A DNA stretch of 57,560 nucleotides, filler included, from Squatina squatina (taxonomy: Eukaryota): NCBI GenBank assembly GCA_031763465.1. It is 4 parts of 4 records of this genome, joined end to end, with 100 filler letters (N's around TTAATTAATTAA, not from the genome) between each part and the next. Parts side by side here need not be neighbours in the genome. Positions count along the whole stretch, not along the records: positions 27,640 to 42,108 come from JARFOE010000001.1; positions 42,209 to 57,560 come from JARFOE010000232.1; 2 more parts are not named here. The stretch is one strand, 5' to 3'. Below are positions 35,306-46,062 of the stretch, piece after piece. The translations under genes and the position numbers were made by a program. The notes under the pieces were generated by a model. It did no database searches. It had not been told where the DNA came from and saw only the letters and a program-made list of their open reading frames with translations. Every line of letters begins with the position of its first letter. The stretch's first letter is position 1.

Positions 35306-36034
35306 GTCCTTTTCCCAAGAACTCCAAAGGAAATTCAGTACTTGCCAGGTTAATTATGAATTTTATTCTCAACTATTCTAATCATTTTGCTTAGCAAATT
35401 ACTTTTAATTTGCTAATTTTTTTTGGTTACATAGTGAATAAGTCATTCATATTAATAGCCTGCATTCATTAAAACATTGAAGACCTGGAACTCTTCCTTG
35501 GCGTGCTGCACAATATGAATATTTCTCTTGTTTGCAAGTTAAATAAACTGATATTTGAGGGACCCCACTGAGACTTGCTCCAGCTTTGATGGGAATATTC
35601 ATCGACAGCTCTAAAAGGCAAAGTAATTATTTCTCCGTGGAACCTGAATAAAAATGCAAGCAAAAGGATCAGAAAGTTTCAGCAGTAATATCACAAAAAT
35701 TAGAACTGGCTATGAATCTGCACTTTGCAAACCAGTGGGTCCTCTATGTAATAATTACTGTGCTTTTTTTTTTGCTTGCTTGTTGCTTCAGATGTAGCTG
35801 CTGGTTTTTTTGCGGTGACTTTCCTGAGGTCACGATGGTGATGGTGGTGTTGTAATGTAAATGCGATGGTGCTGATCTATGTCAAAACCATCTCAGGAGG
35901 AACTGCACATCAATCCAGAGTACATTATTACATTTAAATCTCACTTCCCCCATCTCTGTTCAAATAAACATGCAGTTAAATTGCTGAGATGTCTGCCAAT
36001 GAAATGCAATGGGTGCTCTTTCTCTCATTTTCTC

Positions 36035-36056
36035 TCACACACACACACACACACTT
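36035..36056. repeat. (CA)n microsatellite
   Basis: About 10 CA units next to the RTE 3' end. Confidence 0.9.
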
Positions 36057-36057
36057 C

Positions 36058-36390
36058 TTAGGCAGTTTCTGAGGGTCGAGGATGAGTTGTGGGTTCTGAG
36101 TTGACTAAATAGTCCTATACTGGATCCGCAAACTGTATTGCAGGTGGGGCAGGTGGTGTTTGATGGGGCGAGTGGGTGGGATGCTCGGGTTTCCGCGTGC
36201 TCCTTCCGCTGCCTGCGCTTGGCCTCCTCGTGCTCCCGCCGGAGAAGCTCGAAGTGATCGGCGCCTTCGCGGATGCTTCTTCTCCAGTTCGGGCGGTCAG
36301 GGATTCCCATGAGTCGGTGGGGATGTTGCATTTTTTTCAGGGAGGCTTTGAAGACGTCCTTGAAGCGCTTCCTCTGGAGCGAAGGGCACA
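36058..36390 (-). mobile_element. RTE-clade LINE ORF C-terminus with zinc finger
   Basis: QRKRFKDVFKASLKK...DRPNWRRSIREG...CPTCNTVCGSSIGLFSQLRTH. Confidence 0.88.
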
Positions 36391-37154
36391 ATTAAGGACA
36401 GTGTGGCCACAAGCAAACTTCTCCCTACCCTCGCCACTCTGGTGAGCATTTCACCATAGTAGGGACTAAATTGCCTAGTTCTGGTCAGGGAACTCAAAAT
36501 ACTAATGAAAATAATAGACTAAGCCAGAAGGCTCTCAATGCCCGAATCACAACTGTGACCTTGCTTAATTACTGCCATTTTCCAATATGCTTATAGCTAC
36601 CATATAATTATGTGGGCTAAAGATGCCTGTTCCAAATGCTACATAATGCTAAAAAAGCATAAAGCCCCGTGGGATGCAGAAATCGGCATCTGGTAACCCA
36701 AAGCCCAGTCATCTCAGCAAACTCACAAATACAGCAGTTGGACAAGCTGGGCTAAAGATGGAAGTACAATGGAATATGATACCACTCAGATGCCTAGCAA
36801 ACAAAAGGGAACCTGGGAGAAAATGGAAGCACATGAATACATACACCATAACATGATTCAACACTCCCAGAAAAACTCCCAACCTCCATAGCCTTTCTAA
36901 TGCTCAAGTATGTAAAACTATTATGTAAGTTTGCTATGAATGTACCTTTTTGTAAATACTTGGCCTGAAATCACGATCTCCCCGGATGGGAGCGATGTTC
37001 CCACGCACCTGGGGAGCCCTCGCAAATGCTGAATTTGTGGCTGCTCAGCGCAATNNNNNNNNNNNNNNNNNNNNNNNNNNNNNNNNNNNNNNNNNNNNNN
37101 NNNNNNNNNNNNNNNNNNNNNNNNNNNNNNNNNNNNNNNNNNNNNNNNNNNNNN

Positions 37155-38201
37155 GCTCTAAATTAAAAAGCAGGACCTCGAGGGTAATAATCTCTGGATT
37201 ATTGCCCGAGCCATATGCAAATTGGCATAGAAGCAGCTAGATCAGGAGAATTAACATGTGGCTAAAGGGTTGGTGTAGGAAAGAGGGGTTCCTTTTCATG
37301 GGACGCTGGTACCAGTTCTGGGATGGGAAGGAGCTGTAACGATGGGACGGGCCCCACCTGAATCAAAATGGGACACATGTTCAAGTGGAAAGGGTAAATA
37401 GGGAGGTAGCAAAGGCTTTAAACTAGTAAGATGGGGGGAGGAATCTATAAGAAATGTAACCAGCCTAACTATAAACAAAACAGGAAAAGAGAGCATAGGA
37501 AAGAATAAAGTAAGGGAGGACATTTATGGGAAGGGAATAAATAGAGTTATAGAACAGGGTGGCCAGCAGCGCTGAAACGGGGTGCTGCATTGGAGGCCTA
37601 CTCGCTCTGTGAGCGTCGGGCCGGCAGCAAAGTGTGCTGACCCGGTATTGGGCTCTTAGCAGAAGGATGTCGCGAGCGATCGTTGTCGGGTCAGCGCGCG
37701 ACTTGATGACGTTGCCAATGGCATCCCTGGTGAAGAGGCCTTAGCGCCGCCCTGGCGCCATGTCCAATTGCACAAACCACTAAAATTAACTTAGCGCTGC
37801 TTTAGCACCCAGGTAATGCTACTGTTCGGCGCTACCATGGGTCTAAAGCAGACTAATTGGGCCCCCCAGGAGTCTAAAAAGATGGTTAATCATAGAGTGA
37901 GAGGAAATCCTATTAAAAATGAGGTAAACTCTTTGTTCAGCTATGCACACAGTGTCCGTAACAGAACAGGGGAGCTGGAGGCAATTATGCATTTTGAGGA
38001 ACCAGACAAAATAGGGATTGCTGAGACATGGTTACAGAAAAATTAGGACTGGGATTTAAACATTGCAGGGTATAACATATTTAGAAAAGATAGTGAGGGA
38101 AAAAGAGGAGGTGACGTAGCTGTACTTATTAGGGATAACATAATAGCAGTAGAAAAACATGACACAGCTATCAGCAAGACAAAAATAGAATCCATATGAA
38201 T
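37155..38201 (+). mobile_element. CR1 ORF1 esterase to ORF2 endonuclease junction, with an internal insertion
   Basis: KLKSRTSRVIISGLLPEP (ORF1), then AHSVRNRTGELEA...DKIGIAETWL (APE endonuclease). Confidence 0.88.
37556..37868. mobile_element. Harbinger-type fragment nested in CR1
   Basis: Abrupt CpG-rich block with agcgct motifs ending aattgggcccccc. Confidence 0.55.
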
Positions 38202-38301
38202 NNNNNNNNNNNNNNNNNNNNNNNNNNNNNNNNNNNNNNNNNNNNNNNNNNNNNNNNNNNNNNNNNNNNNNNNNNNNNNNNNNNNNNNNNNNNNNNNNNN
38301 N

Positions 38302-39592
38302 TGTGACTTTGTCACGTGTTGAAGGCATCGTGAGTGCTGCCAGGTTACCTAGCATTAACGGAGAGGAACTTCCTGGTGTGGTCACAGATGAGTTGGACAT
38401 TCAAGGAGTGGAACCCCTTCCGATTGCAGAAGACCTCCGGATTACAGATAGGTGCACGGAGGGCGACGTGCGTGCAATCGATGGCACCCTGCACGAGTTG
38501 GCTATATTGGCAAAGCCCACAGTTCTGTCTTGCTGATCCTGACAGCTGTAAGGGAAGAATATGTACTGCCTTCTTTTCCTTCAGAGTGCTTTAGTGACCT
38601 GTCTAATGGAGCAATGGACTGCGTAATGGGTGATGTTGGAGATGTCACGCGTAGCACCTTGAAATTATCCATTAGCGTAGATGTTGAATGTAACAGTTAC
38701 TTTGGCTGCCACAGACAGAGCTGTGGAAGCCCTGGTCTGAGGCTGCAGGTCAGCCTGTAGGACTTGGCATGGTTCAGTGATGACCTGCTTTCTGAACCTC
38801 AGTCTTCTAAGGTATTGCTCATCTGTCATCTGCAGGTAGCTGAACTGCTGTCTGAAGACTCGGCAAGCATACATCCTTCGATGTCCCCTTCCTCTCCGAC
38901 CCCTGGGAGGATGCTGTAGTGGTCTGGCCTGTGCCACCAGTGGTTGAACTGGCTCTGGCAAGTCAATGGGTTGTTGGGCATGGTCATGTTGAGGAGCTGG
39001 TGTTACCTCCTCCCTACCCTCATCTTGCTGTGCCCTCATCTCTCTCTGCTCCAAATGGAGCTGACGCCTGTGCCTGAGGCACCTCATGTGATGTTGGTGG
39101 ACTTCCCAGTCCACCGCTGAAGCAGCACCCATGGCCGATTTTATTTGATGTGGTGAGCACTGAACAGCTCTCCCAAAGACAACGTTGAGTGTTGCAAATG
39201 CTTTTCCCGACTTGCACACAAAGCCTCCATGGCGATTCAGGTCTGAAAAAAGCGATTTATGAATGCAAGATGCTGACCCGGCCTACCCCTTTAAATAGCG
39301 TCAAAAATCAATGGAGGGAGTGTGGCAGCAAAAAACTGCCCAGTGTCACTGTTACTTTTAAGGATTTCAAACGGAGGCTAATTCTTTGTCGGCTGGCCAT
39401 TTTAGGTGCTGCGCCTTCTTATGTCATGGCTGACGTCCAGCGCCCGATGGCAAGTTTCTGGCACTTTAGCGCCAGCATTGGCCCAATGCCAATTCTTCAG
39501 CACAGCCCATTAGTGTCAAAAACGGGCGTTAGACCCCTAATGCCCATTTAGCATTCATTTAGCGCTAGCGCTGAGGGAGCAATTGGGTACCC
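38302..39592 (-). mobile_element. PIF/Harbinger transposon with decayed HARBI1-type DDE transposase
   Basis: LRRLRFRK...ALSVAAKVTV...VQGAIDCTHVALRAP...NRKGFHSLNVQLICDH...NAR*PGSTHDAF with stops and frameshifts; putative ATG at 39132; terminus caattgggtaccc. Confidence 0.93.
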
Positions 39593-39959
39593 AATATATT
39601 CCATACAATTTAATGCATGCTGATAAACTTTACCAAAGCATGCTTTTGGAGGGCGTATTGTGCACTGCCATTATTCTGTAAATATGCCATGCTTGACAAC
39701 TAACTGGAAATGTTTTATAAAGTCAGGACAGGACAAAACTGGACTGTGATTTAACCATAAAGATTTCTTAGAACTCTTTTCAGAACTATTAAAAGCTATC
39801 AGGCAATCAGAAATAAATTGTAACATGACAGTAATTGTTGAGCAGTCGAGTACTGTGCTGCCTTTTAAAAAGAATCTTTCCATATGTCACTTATCAAATG
39901 TCACATTTTCAGTGTGCTGCTGTCTAGCTACTGATGATGAAAATTACTACTTAAATTTC

Positions 39960-40437
39960 CCTGTACTGTGGAAATGTCCGAAGGTTTATTGTTGACTTGA
40001 ATTCTAACTTATTTTCCCAACGTTCTCCCCAAAGCGACTAAAGCTAAAGTTTCAAAAAGTTTAATTTTTGTTTGAAATATTTAATTAAATACCATTTTAA
40101 TTAATTTTAATTATGTGATAATGTTTTTATTTATTTAAGTGTAGAGTTATTTTTTGGGGTATTCCCATTAATACTTTCCGTACATTTCCGTACATACCGA
40201 ATCCCCATAAGCATGATGTGGATCCCCTTCTGTCATTCGTTGGGCCGGCCCACATGATTCTGGGGCGCTTGTGAACCACCTGCGCCACTGGGATATGTGA
40301 GCCTCTACCCACATGTGCCCGGAGAGCCCCAGGACCACGAATCTCCGTACGTCCTAGACCACCAGGTAGGTGGGCATTATATTTGCGGATCGGAGGTTAT
40401 TTCCTCGCGGGAAGCCTCCAACCGCAAATTCAGGGCC
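39960..40437. mobile_element. Harbinger-type MITE, right portion
   Basis: Ends gaagcctccaaccgcaaattcagggcc, homologous to the 17839 and 33776 ends; left boundary approximate. Confidence 0.6.
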
Positions 40438-42108
40438 TGGATTTTGCAAGAGAGTCTCAAACAGATGTTTGCGTAGGAAAAGAAAAAATGCCTGTTTCAG
40501 GAAAGTGCACCAGACATCTACAGAGGAACTTTTACTAGTATGGCGAGAGGCACACTTCCAGGCCAGAATGAGTGCACACACAAGGACGCCATATTAAGAA
40601 CATAAGAAATNNNNNNNNNNNNNNNNNNNNNNNNNNNNNNNNNNNNNNNNNNNNNNNNNNNNNNNNNNNNNNNNNNNNNNNNNNNNNNNNNNNNNNNNNN
40701 NNNNNNNNNNCAAGTTTCTATGATTTTATGATTCTATGGACTAACACTTCCTGGTTCAGTTCTACGCTGCTCATTAATGATTCTTCAATCTGATTGGTTA
40801 AGGAGATGCACAGTTGCTTGTTTTGTCCATGCAGGTTCCAGATTCCATGTAGAGGATGCTGCGCCTTTTTGGATTTCTAATCACTGCAAGTTAAAGTGCA
40901 AAATCCCATAAAAAGTCTGTAAGTGTAATGAACAGCGCCGCTGACCCCCAAATCCTGGCTAATACCTCATATTTAGGGGACTTCAATTATTGTCATTTAC
41001 TGGATCTTTTGATGGCTGATATACTGAAAGTGACAAAAAAAAAGGCTTCACTGTATATTTTTTCTCAGAATGTAGGCACAGTTATTTTCACAGTTTATCC
41101 AGATTAAAGATCCTTTGTGCCTTAAACCATTCAAAATCTACATCTTCACTGTAGCCTATAATTGAAATTATGCTAAAATATCTTACTCAGTGGGCTGGCT
41201 TTATTCATTCTCACCTTCCTTCCATTAACTATTGAAACAAATGTTTTTCTCACTCTCCATCTTCCTCCCATTCGCTCTCATTTCCTCACTCCCTCTCACA
41301 TTCTTCTACATTTTCCTTTCACTCCTTCACTTCAACTGACTCTCTTCCCTTTTCTTCACTTCCTCTAAGAAAAAAGCAAAGCTTGCAAAGAGAAGATGAA
41401 CTCATTACAAGAAGTAATTTATTGCTGTGCTTGATGATATCAAGAAACCCAAGGCAAAACTGAAACAACATCAATCCCATGGTAGCTGTCCCTTTCTTGG
41501 AGCTAATTTTCTGAAATAGAATGACTTAAATGTAATTCCGAAGTTAAAGGAATATGATGAAGTCAGGTTGAGAAATGATTTGTTGCAAGATTTTGATTTT
41601 TCACTTTTAAATATCATCATTGACTGATAGCAAGGCAGTTTTAAAAAGCATTTACTAGTGCCAGAACATTATGTTCACAAAAAGTGAACCACACAATACA
41701 AATTTAATTAAAATTAGTCCAGGAATTCAGCTCAGCAGAGGGCAGTGTTCATTCAGTAACTGTTGTCTTTTCCCCTGAATAATCAAATATGTTCGAGCTC
41801 AGATGTACACATGTGGAATAGCAAATATCCAGAAGGAGTGCGTACTGATGAAATATGCATTAAAACATTCAACTAATGCTGCTGTCATTCGAGAGAGACA
41901 AGTAACTTCACCTTTGAAATTCAAACTTCTGCACTAGCATTGAAAATGGGAAAACCTGTATATATGTTTTCCAGACTTTTATTGGATATAATGAATAAGT
42001 TATACATGACATAACTTACATTGCCAGTTATAAAAAAAAAACTTACATTCATTCACTGAACAGGTAGCTATTTCTTAGTGATGTTATGAATTTCATTGCA
42101 CTGCACCA

Positions 42109-42208
42109 NNNNNNNNNNNNNNNNNNNNNNNNNNNNNNNNNNNNNNNNNNNNTTAATTAATTAANNNNNNNNNNNNNNNNNNNNNNNNNNNNNNNNNNNN
42201 NNNNNNNN
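42109..42208. other. artificial scaffold linker
   Basis: TTAATTAATTAA at 42153-42164 within Ns. Confidence 0.95.
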
Positions 42209-42542
42209 ACAACGCCTCGATTTTTATATTCCCTCCATGGACACGACCCTCCCTATCTCTGTAAACTCCTTCAGCCTTACAATCCTCGAACTCTGGCTGT
42301 GGTGCATCCCAACATTGGCAGCTGTGCCTTCAGCTGCCTCGGCCCTAAACTCTGGAAATCCTTCCCTAACCCCCTGCAGCACCATCCCTATCTTTAAAAT
42401 CCTTTTTAAAACTTGCCTCTTTGTCCAAGCTTTTGATCACCTGTTCTAATGTCTCCTTCTTTGACTCGGTGTCAATTTTTGCTCCTTTGAAGCATTATCA
42501 TGGGACATTTGACTGCAGAATTGGCACTATATAAATGCAAAA
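42209..42542 (+). mobile_element. L2 LINE 3' end
   Basis: gccttcagctgcctcggccctaaactctggaaatccttcccta...gcactatataaatgcaa; inverse homolog of 26552-26812. Confidence 0.8.
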
Positions 42543-44127
42543 TGTTAAACGGCCTTTTTCTGTTCCGTTAGTTGGTTGAGGCCGAGAAGGTTGTGATCAG
42601 AAGAAAAATGGGAAGGGGAATAGATTTTATTGGTCTCCCTCTTCTTCCTGTCTCCCAAAAAAAAAACTATCCCCTCTTTATAGTGTCCCCTCGGTAGTAT
42701 CTTCACCTACCTACCCATACCACTGCCTGTAAATGGGCAGGTGCCTGCTTTTGGCTTCTGACTCGTTGAGCCCTGTGCCCACTTACATTGAGTGCTGTTG
42801 ACTGCAAACATGCTGGTCTCTTGGCACCAAAGCATTCACCAGTATAAACAACCTGGTCTCCACGCTGCCAATGGCAAGTACACCCATCTTTTTGTAGCTC
42901 TACGTGATCTTCCTAGGCATGAATCCTCTGGCCTATTAACGTGTTTCGCAGATTCAGTTGTGTTTGTTGTCGTTTGCTTGTACTCCTGTGTAGGCCTGTT
43001 GGAATTTGGTTTCAATTTCAGATACCTAGGTGTTCATTTCTGAATTGGCTTCCAAAGGGCCTGCTGCGGAGTGGAGCTCCAGGATTCCGCAGGAAATTCC
43101 TGGGATTCCGGAGGACTGGGAATGCTGGCACTGGGGCCGAGAGTGCCGGAGGCAGGAGCTGCTGTGATTTGTAGCCTGCCTGTAGTCTGTGGGCTTTTGT
43201 TGTTTGGGATTGGGAGGGTGCGACTGGGCCTGGCTGTTTTTTGACTTTCTCAGAATCTCATGGTCGTGTTACAGCCTTATCAATTATAAAGCACTCCAAC
43301 CCAGCTTCTGTTTGATGTGCATCCCATCTGTGACTTTGTCACTTGTGAGTTATGTTATTCCACTGTTGCACACTGAAAAGTAAAAAGCTAATAACATTAC
43401 AGTATGAGTCACTGCAAACATTTTTATATTGTCAGCATGGCTCCATGTCACTGGCCTCTGTTGAACTCATTGAAAGGTCGATAGGTAGGAGCCCCTATTT
43501 TGCACTGCTTCCAACAGCAACACTTGAAACCTATGCAAAGTGGGACTTGAACATCATTGGAGGCATAGAGTTTCCCTCCTTCCTACTGACTGTGCTCTAG
43601 GCAGTGGGCGTACCGCACTCCATCAATACACTCCATTGTCAATGTATAAATTCCATAGTAAATATTGTTCCAATCATGTTCTTTACAGCTTTCTCTCTTC
43701 ACNNNNNNNNNNNNNNNNNNNNNNNNNNNNNNNNNNNNNNNNNNNNNNNNNNNNNNNNNNNNNNNNNNNNNNNNNNNNNNNNNNNNNNNNNNNNNNNNNN
43801 NNTCAAATTTCTGCCGTACACTCTCTGCCCTGGAGGATTTTGAAGTCAATGTGGCAGAGGTTACTTTAACTTAAAGAGACTTAAGTATAAGCACATCTGT
43901 GGAGCAGATGATGTCCTAGGATTCTGAAGGAGGTGGTGTGCAGGGAAATGGCTATGGTTCTGAAGGAGTCAGTGGGACTCCTGGAAGAGTTTCCTGCAAG
44001 CAAAGACATTTAATGCCTATATTTTAAAAAGGCTACTCTGATCCAGATTAAACATAGAGGCCCATTAGACTAGAATAAATAGCAGATATACTAGTGGAAG
44101 CTATTCCAAGAGGGAGCACCTGTATAT

Positions 44128-44385
44128 TAGGAACATAGACAAGATGGCCATTCAGCTCCTCAAGCCTGTTCTTCCATTCAGTTAGATCATGGCTGATCTG
44201 TACCTCCGCTCCATTGATCCATATCCCTCGCTACCCATGCCTAATGAAAATCTGTCGATCTCGGTCTTGAAAATTTTAATTGACCTCCAGCATCCACAGC
44301 CTTTCAGGAGAGGGGAATCCAGATTTCCACTACCCTTTGTGTGAAAAAGCACTTCCTCATTTCACTTCTAAATGTTCTAGCTTCA
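44128..44385 (-). mobile_element. CR1 3' end
   Basis: Reverse complement of the 3' tail plus the FS.QRVVEIW motif. Confidence 0.8.
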
Positions 44386-46062
44386 ATGGGACAAATGAGC
44401 CATTTTGTTCCTTGACTTTTCTTGTTACTGCAATTCGGCCCATCCTACCTGTTCCAGCTCTTTGAAGGAGCTATCCAATTAGGCCCACTCCCCTGCTCTT
44501 TCCCCATAGTCCTGCAAAGTTGTCCTTTACAATTATATATCCAATTCCATTTTGAAAGCTGCACAAAGCTATGTCACTGTACACTACATGTCATGTTCAT
44601 TTCATGATGATTTCAGTAAGGAATTACTGTCATGAGGGGATGTTGAGTTTGTTTTCTGTTATTACAAGAACGTGATGCATCAGCTGAAGCTCCTCTGTTT
44701 CCCATCTAAATGGTAATCTTCCGTTGTCTGGTAATTGAGATTATAGCACATTTGCCAATAGAAAACCCATTCTTAGATGAAATGTTGTAAAGTGCAGCGT
44801 AACATATTTAATTAATAATATAAAGAAAGATGTTAATGTGTAAAGAGACAAGACAGTTGCTNNNNNNNNNNNNNNNNNNNNNNNNNNNNNNNNNNNNNNN
44901 NNNNNNNNNNNNNNNNNNNNNNNNNNNNNNNNNNNNNNNNNNNNNNNNNNNNNNNNNNNNNTTTGGCATAAGTTTAAAAATTCCATCTGCTGAGCTGTGG
45001 TTTCAGAGTTTAATGTTTTCCAATAACATACATCTGGCACATTACTTCCCAGTAAGTGGCTGTTAATTATAATAAGGTTTCAGATATTATTTCAAATCAT
45101 TCTTCATGATGCACCTTACCATGTCGCACTGACTCAAACATCTTTAACTGCTGGCATTTACCAAACACAACCTCAGTTAGTACAAAAAGGATTTCAAACA
45201 GGATCAACTCATATCATCTAATATTTTCTTTTTATATATGTGCTCAGGAAAAGTACCCTTGAGATTTTGTGGCTGTAATTGCATCTCTGGGCCCCTGTGA
45301 GGCACTAACATGCTCAAGGTTCAATGCTGCGGTTTATGACATCACCTGAATCTTTCAATTAGATTACTGCCTTGTAATCACTCCCTGTCCTCCAGTATTC
45401 TCTCTATATAAATGGCAATGTGCAAAGTTGGTATTACTGATCCAAAAATTCAACTAAGTGTAAACTGATCAATACCTGGAACTATTGACTGACTGCCAGG
45501 TCAATCCTGGGAAATTCCAGCTTCCTTTTGTTGGGGGGAAACCTATTTTTTAAAAAGATTCTGTTTGTGTACTATGATGCTGAAACAAACCCTAATATTA
45601 CAGTAATAAAGCTGCTGAAATGCCGTATTTACGATTAAACAAAACTAAATGCTCCTACTTACCCTGCATTCCCTATCCCCGTCTTTTTAATCTTTCGAAA
45701 CATCTCTCTTTTTGTTTTACTATTTCATTTTTACTTTTACCCACAAAACCATGCCCTCTCTGTTTCTATAACAGACGCTGGTTGAGCTTTTAAAGTGCCT
45801 GGTGTACGCTGCCCGTCCACCTCTGAGGTGCGAGACAAATCTTAAAATAAGATTTATGCTTTGGTTGTAAACTGGTTTGAAAGGCTTGGTTTTTTCAGTC
45901 GAACCATAAGAACTTCAGAAGATTTTAAGAACGGAAAAGGGCTTGAGGGCCCATTGAGCCTGNNNNNNNNNNNNNNNNNNNNNNNNNNNNNNNNNNNNNN
46001 NNNNNNNNNNNNNNNNNNNNNNNNNNNNNNNNNNNNNNNNNNNNNNNNNNNNNNNNNNNNNN

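Noticed and set aside
38302-39132. Domesticated HARBI1 host gene
   Set aside because: Contains stops and frameshifts and has a transposon terminus nearby.
41360-41905. Exon-like purine-rich stretches on the + strand
   Set aside because: The first has stops in all frames, the second has no convincing acceptor, and neither peptide is recognisable.
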